Positions 1 to 8,966 of a stretch of DNA of 64,000 nt are shown here, piece by piece. This stretch comes from an uncultured delta proteobacterium (GTDB lineage Bacteria > Desulfobacterota > WTBG01 > CAIYCZ01 > CAIRTM01). The stretch lies in contig CAWDSQ010000026.1 of NCBI GenBank assembly GCA_963804955.1, positions 147,426-211,425 on the forward strand, in the 5' to 3' direction. The translations under genes were made by a program, and so were the position numbers. Position 1 is the stretch's first letter; each line of letters opens with the position of its first letter. The notes beneath the pieces are model-generated. The model was not told the DNA's origin. It was given only the letters and a program-made list of their open reading frames with translations, and made no database searches.

Positions 1-16
1 ATGAAAGAATAAAACT

Positions 17-109
17 GTCATCGCGAGGCCGCAGGCCGTGGCGATCTCGTGCCCCGGTACAAAGACCGGGATTGCCGCGTCAGTCGCTCCGCTCCTTCCT
101 CGCAATGAC
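17..109. repeat. GTCA...TGAC REP-like palindromic element
   Basis: gtcatcgcgagg...cctcgcaatgac imperfect inverted ends with internal hairpins; related elements at 5286, 28556, 32065, 34253. Confidence 0.75.
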
Positions 110-185
110 CCTGGATATGTCAAGTTGCACGGCAGCATAATTTAAGCTGGGCAGTACAAATATCCATAATCGTGTGGGGTGATGA

Positions 186-761
186 TTGAAAGAGGAAAGA
201 AGAAATCCATTTGAAGCTCTGTGCGAGGCGCGTTACTGCTGGCGGCTGGGATGCACTACATGCGGCACCTGGCCGCTCAGAGCTGATCTGTATCGTCTTG
301 TTTTAGGTTTTCACCCGGATGATGCTGATTGGAAAGGGGAGTTTCTGTTCGTTGAAGCAAAAACCGGCAAAGGTCCATATCGGGAAATTGTTGTTCACCC
401 GGAGAAGGGCAAATTTCCGAGTAGATATCCGGAATACTCTCGGGATTTATCAGAGCAGGATCAGTTAAAACTTCAGGGAGTAATAAAGGGTGTCACAATA
501 GCCCGTCTCAATATGACAGAGCCGAGATGGCTGGGGTATTTGGGTGTCGCTTTGAAATGGTGCGAGGAAGCTGAAAGCAATAATAGACTTTTAACCCACG
601 CTCTTGTGCCTCAATTTGCAGAACTGCTTGCATCAGGGCAAACCCATGCCCAACAAAGTTTTCAGCATATTTTAGATAATTGTCTGACGTGGCAGAATCT
701 GGAAGGAATTGAGAGAGCCTTGTTGTGGGGTAAAATTATTAAACAACCGGCGCCCAGATAA
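186..761 (+). CDS. hypothetical protein with Cys-rich N-terminus (C-x4-C-x4-C-x2-C)
   Basis: 191-aa ORF, TTG start, no competing ORF; no family recognised. Confidence 0.6.
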   Translation: MKEERRNPFEALCEARYCWRLGCTTCGTWPLRADLYRLVLGFHPDDADWKGEFLFVEAKTGKGPYREIVVHPEKGKFPSRYPEYSRDLSEQDQLKLQGVIKGVTIARLNMTEPRWLGYLGVALKWCEEAESNNRLLTHALVPQFAELLASGQTHAQQSFQHILDNCLTWQNLEGIERALLWGKIIKQPAPR

Positions 762-917
762 AAAATACTCACGTGGAAATTTCGCAGCCTGCGTTAGGCG
801 CAACTTGATCTCAAAGCAATGCCCGAATACCGCCAATCCTTCTGCTGTGCAGTGTTGGTGATTACAGGTGACTGGAGGTAATACAACACAATAAACAAAT
901 TGACAGACTACCGGCGG

Positions 918-1148
918 CTATGCCGATGTTTTAGATGCCCAGTTGAGGTTTAATTCACGACGGGATGTGGCGCAATCACGCAGATAGAGGTTTATCAGGC
1001 TCTGATAGGGAACGCCTGTTTTTTCCGATAACCCTTTGAAATAATCAATGACATCCTGCCCGATGCGCAATGTGACCTGCTTTTTGAGCCTCTTTGCGTA
1101 GGGATTTGGCCGCGCTTTCATTTTGGAAAGATCATATTCTTCTTTCAT
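918..1148 (-). CDS. brnA: BrnA-family antitoxin (ribbon-helix-helix)
   Basis: MKEEYDLS...NPYAKRLKKQVTLRI...VIDYFK...PYQSLINLYL; directly downstream of BrnT-like toxin. Confidence 0.85.
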   Translation of the reverse strand: MKEEYDLSKMKARPNPYAKRLKKQVTLRIGQDVIDYFKGLSEKTGVPYQSLINLYLRDCATSRRELNLNWASKTSA

Positions 1149-1151
1149 AAC

Positions 1152-1436
1152 TCACCTTTTATAAAATTTTGCTTCTCGTGCAGTAGCCTTACGCGCAGAG
1201 ATGATTCTTACAACTGAATCATTTTCTTTGAAACAATGGCAGATGAGAAGCAGTCGTACATTCGCACTCAGCCCGAGCAGAAGAAATCTGTCTTCCCATT
1301 CCGAATGCCGGTCATCATAGAATTCCACAGCTTTTTCGTCAAAAAACACGGTTTCTGCTTCCTGAAAAGAAACTCCGTGTTTTTTGAGATTTTCTGCCGC
1401 TTTGTTTTTATCCCACTGAAACTGTATGTGCCCCAT
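1152..1436 (-). CDS. brnT: BrnT-family (DUF497) ribonuclease toxin
   Basis: FQWDKNKAAENLKKHGVSF...EDRF...RIISARKAT signature. Confidence 0.9.
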   Translation of the reverse strand: MGHIQFQWDKNKAAENLKKHGVSFQEAETVFFDEKAVEFYDDRHSEWEDRFLLLGLSANVRLLLICHCFKENDSVVRIISARKATAREAKFYKR

Positions 1437-1771
1437 ATATTTACATTGTAGCTACAATGTATTTTATGTCAAATATTTTTTTGTGATCTGAAGCGTTGCT
1501 AGCAAATCATACAAAGCTCCGAGAACCAATGCCCAAAGCGCAGCTTTCTCTCAGTGCCACAAAAAAATAATTGTTGCAGCAATCCTGATGACCATTTGTT
1601 AAACAATGGGTTCTTATGTCACGACCGGGCAGCAACGCAGTAAACACACTCCTGAGAGCACTACGTTAAATCTTTACATGGCCTGCTTTTAGTGATAAAC
1701 AAAATACTCTCAAACAATCAAACAAAGTATCGGAATATCTCAATATTTCAACTTGTTGCAGGAGTGGAGCC

Positions 1772-3043
1772 ATGAAGGTTCTGGTGGTAGGCGGCGGCGG
1801 GCGCGAGCATGCCCTTGTCTGGAAAATAGCGCAAAGCCCGAAGGTGACAAAAATTTACTGCGCGCCGGGCAATGCGGGCATAGCAGGCAGCGCAACCTGC
1901 GTCAATATCTCCGCAGACGACATCGATGGGCTGAAAAAGTTCGCCGTCGATAATGAAATCGGCCTCACCGTGGTAGGCCCCGAACTTCCCCTCACCCTGG
2001 GCATAGTCGACAGTTTTGAAAAAGACGGCCTGCGCATCTTCGGCCCCAATGCCGGGGCGGCACGTCTTGAGGGAAGCAAAAAATTCGCAAAAGAAATCAT
2101 GCGGGAAGCAGGCATACCCACGGCAGACTTTGCCGTCTTTACCACTGCAGAAGCGGCAAAAAAATATATCAATGAAAAACAGCAGCCCCTGGTGGTGAAG
2201 GCCGACGGCCTTGCCGCAGGCAAGGGCGTATTTCCCTGCCGGAGTGCCGCGGAAGCCGCAGCAGCCGTTGACCGCATCATTACGAACAAGGAATTCGGCG
2301 ATGCAGGCACGGTGATCGTTATTGAGGAATTTCTCGAAGGCGAAGAGGCCTCATTTATCTGCTTTACCGACGGCACAACCATCGTGCCGCTTCCATCATC
2401 GCAGGACCACAAGCGCATCTTCGACAATGATGCAGGGCCCAACACGGGCGGCATGGGCGCCTACTCGCCTGCTCCGGTAGTAACACCGCAGGTGCATGAG
2501 CGCACCATGGAAACGGTTATGAAGCCCCTTGTGGCGGCATTTGCTGCAAAGGGCATTCCCTTCAAAGGCATTGTCTATGCCGGGCTGATGATCAAAAACG
2601 GCATCCCCCGCGTGCTTGAATTCAACATGCGCATGGGCGATCCTGAAACCCAGCCCATTTTGTTCAGGCTCACCAGCGACCTGGTCGAGATCATGGAAGC
2701 CGCAATCGACGGCAGGCTCGCGCAGATCGATGTGCAGTGTGATCCCCGGCCCGCGGTCTGTGTGGTTATGGCGGCAGGCGGCTATCCTGATGCCTATGCA
2801 AAAGGTCATCCCATACGGGGTCTTGAGGATGCAGCCGGCGTGCCGGACACCTATGTATTTCATGCGGGAACCGCCCTCAAAGGCGGCGGCATTGTGACCA
2901 GCGGCGGCCGCGTGCTCGGCGTAACAGCCCGGGGAGCGACCATTCAGGATGCCGTTGCCGCAGCGTACCGCGCAGCTGAGCGCATCAGCTGGGACGGCGT
3001 CCAGTACCGGAAAGACATCGCACGGAAAGCGTTCGGCAGATGA
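1772..3043 (+). CDS. purD: phosphoribosylamine--glycine ligase
   Basis: GGGGREHAL, VVGPE, KADGLAAGKGV, QDHKR, GPNTGGMGAYSP, EFNxRxGDPETQ. Confidence 0.98.
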   Translation: MKVLVVGGGGREHALVWKIAQSPKVTKIYCAPGNAGIAGSATCVNISADDIDGLKKFAVDNEIGLTVVGPELPLTLGIVDSFEKDGLRIFGPNAGAARLEGSKKFAKEIMREAGIPTADFAVFTTAEAAKKYINEKQQPLVVKADGLAAGKGVFPCRSAAEAAAAVDRIITNKEFGDAGTVIVIEEFLEGEEASFICFTDGTTIVPLPSSQDHKRIFDNDAGPNTGGMGAYSPAPVVTPQVHERTMETVMKPLVAAFAAKGIPFKGIVYAGLMIKNGIPRVLEFNMRMGDPETQPILFRLTSDLVEIMEAAIDGRLAQIDVQCDPRPAVCVVMAAGGYPDAYAKGHPIRGLEDAAGVPDTYVFHAGTALKGGGIVTSGGRVLGVTARGATIQDAVAAAYRAAERISWDGVQYRKDIARKAFGR

Positions 3044-3816
3044 AAACGCAATGGCTTGAACAGCGAAAAGATATTTTTGTCCGCAACCTCGTGCAGGATT
3101 ATTTGACTGCAAAGAACTATTTTGACGGCGTGCGGGCGCAGTATAAAAAAGAGGGCTCCCTGCCCTACAGCATGCTTGATATTTGGGTCGGCACGGAAAC
3201 AGACAAGGGCCCTCTGTGGAATCTCAAGGAGCAGAGCCACCGCCTCTACCGCAAAAACCGCTCGTCAATAAGCTTATATGAAAATCTTTTCGACTGGGTA
3301 GTCGGATCAATTTTTCACGAATCCATGAAGCTCAAAGAAGACATATATCAGATAGAATCCTACAAGCCCCTGCTGGAGCTGGGCCTGAGCGACAATACGG
3401 CGCATCAGGAAATTGCCAAGATAATCCAGGAGTATTATGCCCTTATCGACCGGGCCAGCTGCAGCCTCAAGGAAGAAATTGAAAGCATTGATGAACTGTT
3501 CACCAAAGGGCTTCTGCATCTACGCGCCATGATCGTTGCCTATAAAAACAACGCCCTGCTGCTGCGTTTTTTGATCGATAATAAAAAGTCAACAGAAGCC
3601 GTTTTCGGCCCGGGATCACTTCACCAGATACTGCAGGACATGTTCCCGGCAGGAACGCACGAAGCCTATATCCTCATGTCCGAAAGCTGCATGCAGAACG
3701 GCTGGTACAACGAGGCTCAAAAATATCTTAAAACAGCCATGAAAACCGGGGCGGCACACAAAGGGCTCCAGGAACATTTGACGGCAAAACTCGGGCTCAT
3801 TTCCGGAAAGGAGTAA
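3040..3816 (+). CDS. hypothetical alpha-helical protein, possible C-terminal TPR-like motif
   Basis: 258-aa ORF overlapping purD stop (ATGA) and ending 4 nt before purE. Confidence 0.75.
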   Translation: MKTQWLEQRKDIFVRNLVQDYLTAKNYFDGVRAQYKKEGSLPYSMLDIWVGTETDKGPLWNLKEQSHRLYRKNRSSISLYENLFDWVVGSIFHESMKLKEDIYQIESYKPLLELGLSDNTAHQEIAKIIQEYYALIDRASCSLKEEIESIDELFTKGLLHLRAMIVAYKNNALLLRFLIDNKKSTEAVFGPGSLHQILQDMFPAGTHEAYILMSESCMQNGWYNEAQKYLKTAMKTGAAHKGLQEHLTAKLGLISGKE

Positions 3817-3820
3817 GCAT

Positions 3821-4339
3821 ATGCAGACACCACTGGTTGGCGTCATCATGGGGAGCGACTCGGACCTGCCTCTCATGCAGGAGGCGCTCAAAATACTTGA
3901 CTCGTTTGCCATTGCCTATGAGGTGCACATAGCATCAGCCCACCGCACGCCGGCGCGCACGGCGCAATTCGCAAAAACCGCCCGGGACAGGGGCATTGAA
4001 GTCATCATTGCGGGAGCCGGCTGGGCAGCGCATCTTGCCGGCGTTATTGCCGCGGAGACAACTCTGCCGGTCATAGGCGTGCCCATCGACTCATCATCGC
4101 TCAACGGCCTTGACGCGCTGCTGTCCATGGTGCAGATGCCGGGTGGCATTCCGGTTGCCGCTATGACCATCGGCAAGGCCGGCGCTAAGAATGCCGCTCT
4201 GTTTGCAGCTCAGATACTGGCCCTGAAATATCCGGAACTCCAGCAGAAGCTGCTCGCGTATAAGCAGGCGATGGCCGCCGAGGTGGAAGCAAAGGATGAG
4301 GCCCTGCAGCAGAAGCTGAAAGCAAAACAGCTTTTTTAA
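3821..4339 (+). CDS. purE: N5-CAIR mutase
   Basis: IMGSDSD, SAHRTP, AGAGx[20 protein letters not shown]. Confidence 0.98.
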   Translation: MQTPLVGVIMGSDSDLPLMQEALKILDSFAIAYEVHIASAHRTPARTAQFAKTARDRGIEVIIAGAGWAAHLAGVIAAETTLPVIGVPIDSSSLNGLDALLSMVQMPGGIPVAAMTIGKAGAKNAALFAAQILALKYPELQQKLLAYKQAMAAEVEAKDEALQQKLKAKQLF

Positions 4340-4382
4340 TTGCGGCATGCCGGCTTCTCACATGGAGCAGACCGCAATCAAA

Positions 4383-4533
4383 AAATTCAGGTTTGGAATT
4401 CAGAATTCAGGAGTCAGAAGCCAGTATAAAAAAACAGCGGTAAAATTTCAGGATATGATTACCCGGAAGATAAGTAAATCACTTAAAGCCTATTTGTCTT
4501 CTATTCCGAATTCTGACTACTGAATTCTGGCTT
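4383..4533 (+). pseudogene. internally deleted four-helix-bundle (23S rRNA IVS protein-like) remnant flanked by inverted heptamer repeats
   Basis: aattcag-type 7-mers on the left, ctgaatt/ttctgac on the right; enclosed frame 4425-4523 reads KKTAVKFQDMITRKISKSLKAYLSSIPNSDY*, resembling the fused N- and C-termini of the family. Confidence 0.45.
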
Positions 4534-4610
4534 CTTTTCTAAGGAACCATAACCCGACATAAAGACTACTAGAAACACCTTCTGATATTGTTATAGAACC
4601 AAATTACTGT

Positions 4611-5372
4611 ATGCCCCGCATATTCACCATCAACCCCCTTGCGCCCGATGAGGCTGCGCTGCATGAAGCTGCAGCCAGTATCCGCTCTGGCGGCATAGCC
4701 GTCTACCCGACAGAAACGTTTTACGGGCTTGGCGTGCTGTTTAACAATGAGCAGGCCCTTGAACGGCTCTTTGCCGCCAAAGGCCGTCGCGAAACAAAGC
4801 CGGTGTTGCTGCTCATAGAAAACAGCCGGGCGCTGGACAGGCTGACACCCGAGATTATTCCGGAAGCACTCGCCCTGGCCGAACGCTGGTGGCCCGGCCC
4901 CCTGACCCTGCTCTTCAAAGCCCTGCCGCACCTGTCGCCGTATCTCACCGGGGATGAAGGCAAAATCGGCTGCCGCATTTCCAGCGGCCCTGTTGCACAG
5001 CGCCTGGTCGAGCTTGCAGGCGCGCCCATTACCTCCACAAGCGCCAACCTCACAGGCGGCCCGAGCGCTGCCCGTATTGCAGATATACCCGGAGAGCTTC
5101 TTGACAGGGTCGATGTGATACTCGATGCGGGGGCAACTCCCGGCGGGCGCGCCTCAACCGTGCTGGATTCTTCTGCTCTGCCCTTCACCGTGGTGCGTGA
5201 AGGCGCACTGCCGGTGAGCCTCCTGTTACCCGTAGAAACATTGAGCATTACTGTACCGACACGGTATGCAGCACGAATGACATTGGTCGTTTCGGCTTCT
5301 CCGAAATCAATTTCAGCACACCAGAAGGGATTCTGTCAAGCCGGAATGACAAGATATGTGTCATACAGCTAA
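4611..5372 (+). CDS. tsaC: L-threonylcarbamoyladenylate synthase (TsaC/YrdC); last ~46 codons run through a repeat element
   Basis: PTETFYGL, KGR...KP, WPGPLTL, STSAN, STV, REGA motifs. Confidence 0.93.
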   Translation: MPRIFTINPLAPDEAALHEAAASIRSGGIAVYPTETFYGLGVLFNNEQALERLFAAKGRRETKPVLLLIENSRALDRLTPEIIPEALALAERWWPGPLTLLFKALPHLSPYLTGDEGKIGCRISSGPVAQRLVELAGAPITSTSANLTGGPSAARIADIPGELLDRVDVILDAGATPGGRASTVLDSSALPFTVVREGALPVSLLLPVETLSITVPTRYAARMTLVVSASPKSISAHQKGFCQAGMTRYVSYS

Positions 5373-5413
5373 CGCACTGAGACTGTTTTCTGATTGTCGG
5401 TTACAAGATTTAG
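5232..5413. repeat. ~185-bp MITE-like repeat, copy A (degenerate internal REP hairpin 5286-5350)
   Basis: 3' part (catacagct...actgttttctgatt...cggttacaagatttag) closely matches the 3' part of 28493-28683. Confidence 0.7.
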
Positions 5414-5572
5414 TTACATGTTCTAGCAACAACCCGCTCCGCGCTGGCGAGGTCTGCCGTTCGAGCAACGATTCCCAGTTTATGTTCTCCGACGAAAAGC
5501 CAGGATTGTAACGCCGGAAGTCCTGTATGGCACTGTTAAACTATCATGACCGATATGTCCTTATATAAAGCG

Positions 5573-5607
5573 AAAAAAAGCCCGGGATCATTGCTGATCC
5601 CGGGCTT
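5573..5607 (-). terminator. rho-independent terminator of the acyl-CoA operon
   Basis: perfect 13-bp stem aagcccgggatca/tgatcccgggctt with 4-nt loop; A-run on + strand gives U-tail on - strand. Confidence 0.85.
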
Positions 5608-5688
5608 CCATGAGTGCCTGATGCCGTATCCGTAAGCAGAGTGAAACAGGAGGATGTTTTGGGGCAGTTGTTTTCTCTTACCTGCGAT

Positions 5689-6726
5689 TTAAGCCAGCAG
5701 AGCGTCGATATTCACATTGGTTTTCACCATGTTTTTCAGCAGTTCGACTTTGTCTGAGGCTTCCCGGGTCAGCAGCGGCTCCATGCGGTCGATCTGCCGG
5801 GCGACCTGAAACGTATCGGGCGTAACCAGCAGCATGGGCGTGCCGCTCTCTTCAGCCTTAGAAATAATGTTAGAAGGGGGAAGTATGTTATTTGTCAGGA
5901 TAATGCCGGTGGCATTGTGATTGAGCGCGGCAAGAATCATGTCGCTTCGGTCGCCGCCCGTTATGATCAGCTTGTCCTCTTTTTTAAAAAGAGGCTTCTG
6001 CACGGCCACGTTGCCCGACATGGCGCCGATGAAGATGTTTTTCACCCTGCGCGACAGATTCGCCTCGGCGGTGAGCACCTTGGCAAAAAGCTTGTCGGCA
6101 AGATACCGCAGCGAAAAATACGTCAACTCACTCTGATACGGAAGGACACCCAGCACCTTCAGGCCGGTTTGCTTGATTTCAGGCAGACAGGTTTCTTTAA
6201 AATCATCCACATTGTGGACCTTATTGACAATGATGCCGGCGACCTGAACGCCTTTCATGTCGACGCTGCGCTTGACGAACATGATATCGTCGAGAATCGT
6301 GTCATCGTCGCCGCTGATGACGAACACAACCCTGCCGCCCAGATACTGCGCCAGCGACAGAGTATCGAGGTGCACCGAGGTGCCATAGGAAATAGACTTT
6401 CCGGCCTCGACAATGAGGATATCTTTGCCGACGCCGATGGTTTCGGCAAGATCGACAACCTTTGTCCTGATGGTCTCGGCAGTATACATGAAGCGCAGCT
6501 TTGAGTGGTCAAAGCCGATGCTCATGTCGTCGGGGTGCTCCTTCATGGCATACAGGCTGGTCATGAGTGCCGCGTCATAGTCCCACAGGCGTTTTTTGCT
6601 GTACAGCAGCCGGTCGCCGAAGGGCTTCAGGTATCCTACTTTTTTCTGCAGCGCTTCGGTCAGGCCGACGATAAAATTGGTCTTTCCCGTGCTGTTACGC
6701 AGTGATGCAACGATTAAAGTATTCAT
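5689..6726 (-). CDS. phosphotransacetylase N-terminal-like protein (BioD-like P-loop + DRTGG domain)
   Basis: STGKT P-loop, GYLKPFG, ITGGDRSD; no Pta catalytic domain. Confidence 0.88.
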   Translation of the reverse strand: MNTLIVASLRNSTGKTNFIVGLTEALQKKVGYLKPFGDRLLYSKKRLWDYDAALMTSLYAMKEHPDDMSIGFDHSKLRFMYTAETIRTKVVDLAETIGVGKDILIVEAGKSISYGTSVHLDTLSLAQYLGGRVVFVISGDDDTILDDIMFVKRSVDMKGVQVAGIIVNKVHNVDDFKETCLPEIKQTGLKVLGVLPYQSELTYFSLRYLADKLFAKVLTAEANLSRRVKNIFIGAMSGNVAVQKPLFKKEDKLIITGGDRSDMILAALNHNATGIILTNNILPPSNIISKAEESGTPMLLVTPDTFQVARQIDRMEPLLTREASDKVELLKNMVKTNVNIDALLA

Positions 6727-6838
6727 GCATTTCTCCTCTCATCATATGAAGCATGATCCCCATGCTCTGGCGACCAGGTGCTCGTGCTTTGCTTGTACAC
6801 TGGAACATGCCTGTTTTCAACAGGGCCGTTATTGCCGG

Positions 6839-8953
6839 TTATTTTTCCGCGTCCTTAGCAAGCAGAATGCGGACGTCGAGGGCCTTTGCCCCGTCTCCCT
6901 GCTCGTACACCGTCAGGGGGTTAATTTCGATATCGGAGATTATCGGGCATTTGCTGATCAGCGCACCAAGTTTTATAATGATACTCACCACACTGTCTAT
7001 ATCTTTTTGAGCCTCGCCGCGCGCGCCCAGAAGCAGCGGATAGGAGCGGGTTTCCTTGATCATGTCCATGATTTCGCGACGGCTGAGGGGCAGGGCCCGG
7101 AATGCCACATCCTTCATGACCTCAACATAGACGCCGCCCAGACCGAACATGATGATGGGGCCGTAGGTCGTGTCGCGCCGCGCGCCGATGATGGTCTCTA
7201 CGTCTTTTGTCAGCATTTCGGCGATTTCGACGCCCTCAATATGCGCATCGGATTTATAGGCGCGGCAGCTCTGCATGATTGCCTGATAGGCGTCGATAAT
7301 TTCGTCGCGGTCATCAAGGTTCAGCGCTACGCCGCCGGCATCGCTCTTGTGAATGATGTCCTTGGAAACGACTTTCATAACCACCGGATAGCCGCACTTG
7401 TCAGCACAGTTTATGGCCTCGTCGAGATTGCGGGCAACAAAACTTTTCGGGACAGGTATCCCGACAAGGTCCATAATCTGCCGGGCTTCATGGGCAAGGA
7501 GAAAGTACCGGTCCTGCTTGATGGCGTTTGTACAGATGTCGGTAATCGCGGCAGCAGGAACTTGAGCATCCTCATACAGTTCGGAATGATAGCGCAGATA
7601 GCGGTTATACCAGTAGAGCTTTCCAAGACAGGCTACAGCCTCATATACGTCACCATACACCGGCACATTCTTCCTCCCCAGTTTGACAATGGCATTTTCT
7701 ATATCTTCGCCGCCCACGATGGCAAACAGCAGCGGCTTTTTCTTCTGGAGATACTTCAGGTGGTTTTCCTCGATCACCTTCTCAAGATCGGCGGCCAGGA
7801 AGGTCGAGGTCTCGCAGTACAGGGCCATGCTGGCGCCGATTTCTTTTGCGTCGAGGGCCACGCTCAGGGCCGAGTTGTACTCAGCGCTTGCCGCGCCGCC
7901 CGTAATGTCGATGGGGTTTTTCGTGGAGCCGAAGCTCGGGGTCACGGGATCGAACATGGCCTTCAGCTTTTTGCCGTCGTCATACAGCTCGATCTGGTAC
8001 TTTTCACAGGCATCGGTAGCCATAACGCCGATGCCGCCGCCATTGGTGATGATCACGGCCTGGTCGCCTGTGGGGGGCGGAGAGTTGCCGAGATATTTGC
8101 TCCAGTTGAAAGCCTCTTTAATATTTTCGGCGCGGATGACGCCGTTCTGCTTAAGTATTGCTTCGATGATTTCATCGGAGCCGGCAAGCGAGCCTGTATG
8201 CGAGGCCGCTGCCGCGGCGCCGCGCTCTGAGCGGCCTGACTTGATGACCACCACGGGCTTTTTGCGCGTGGCTTTTTTTACTGCGTCAATGAAACGGGGT
8301 CCGTCCTTGATGCCCTCTATGTACATGAGGATGACCTTGGTGCGCTCCTGCTCGGACAGATAGGACAGCAGATCAGCCTCGTCAACATCGCACTTATTGC
8401 CGATGGACACAATCGAGGAAAGCCCGATGTTTTCTACCTTGGTTTTGCCGATCATGGCAAGGCCAAGGGCGCCCGACTGGGTGATGATGGCAACCGATCC
8501 CGGCAGAATATTGCCCGGCCCGAATGTCGCGTCCATATGCGACTCGGCCGAGTAGACGCCGAACACATTGGGCCCAACCACGCGCATGCCGCGGCTTAAG
8601 GAGTATTCCGCAATTTTACGCTCGGTTTCGCTGTCGCCGATTTCGGAGAATCCCGAGGTGATAATGACATTATATTTGACGCCGCGGTCGGCGCAGCTTT
8701 TCACCGAATCGTAGACGAACTTCGAGGGTATCGTTGTGCATACCATGTCCACTGTGCCGTCTATGGCATTGATGTCCGGGTATGCCTGCAAACCAAGCAC
8801 ATCGCCGCCGGCCGGGTTTATCGGGTAGACCTTGCCCTTGTAGCCGCTGGCGAGAATATTTTTCACCACGGTATGGCCGATTTTCTTAGGGTCCTTTGAA
8901 GCGCCGACGACTGCAATACTGCGCGGCTCAAACAGCAACTTGATATCGTTCAT
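6839..8953 (-). CDS. acetate/acyl-CoA ligase (ADP-forming), fused alpha-beta
   Basis: PRSIAVVGAS, GPNVFG, QSGALG, GNKCDV, SHTG catalytic His, TNGGG, NPIDI, C-terminal ATP-grasp (GYPVVMK, HKSDAGGV, EINPL). Confidence 0.93.
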   Translation of the reverse strand: MNDIKLLFEPRSIAVVGASKDPKKIGHTVVKNILASGYKGKVYPINPAGGDVLGLQAYPDINAIDGTVDMVCTTIPSKFVYDSVKSCADRGVKYNVIITSGFSEIGDSETERKIAEYSLSRGMRVVGPNVFGVYSAESHMDATFGPGNILPGSVAIITQSGALGLAMIGKTKVENIGLSSIVSIGNKCDVDEADLLSYLSEQERTKVILMYIEGIKDGPRFIDAVKKATRKKPVVVIKSGRSERGAAAAASHTGSLAGSDEIIEAILKQNGVIRAENIKEAFNWSKYLGNSPPPTGDQAVIITNGGGIGVMATDACEKYQIELYDDGKKLKAMFDPVTPSFGSTKNPIDITGGAASAEYNSALSVALDAKEIGASMALYCETSTFLAADLEKVIEENHLKYLQKKKPLLFAIVGGEDIENAIVKLGRKNVPVYGDVYEAVACLGKLYWYNRYLRYHSELYEDAQVPAAAITDICTNAIKQDRYFLLAHEARQIMDLVGIPVPKSFVARNLDEAINCADKCGYPVVMKVVSKDIIHKSDAGGVALNLDDRDEIIDAYQAIMQSCRAYKSDAHIEGVEIAEMLTKDVETIIGARRDTTYGPIIMFGLGGVYVEVMKDVAFRALPLSRREIMDMIKETRSYPLLLGARGEAQKDIDSVVSIIIKLGALISKCPIISDIEINPLTVYEQGDGAKALDVRILLAKDAEK

Positions 8954-8966
8954 AAGCCATCTCCCA

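Noticed and set aside
6596..8230. 544-aa + strand ORF (also 12220-13566 and 14931-15749)
   Set aside because: Antisense shadows of well-supported genes; no recognisable motifs
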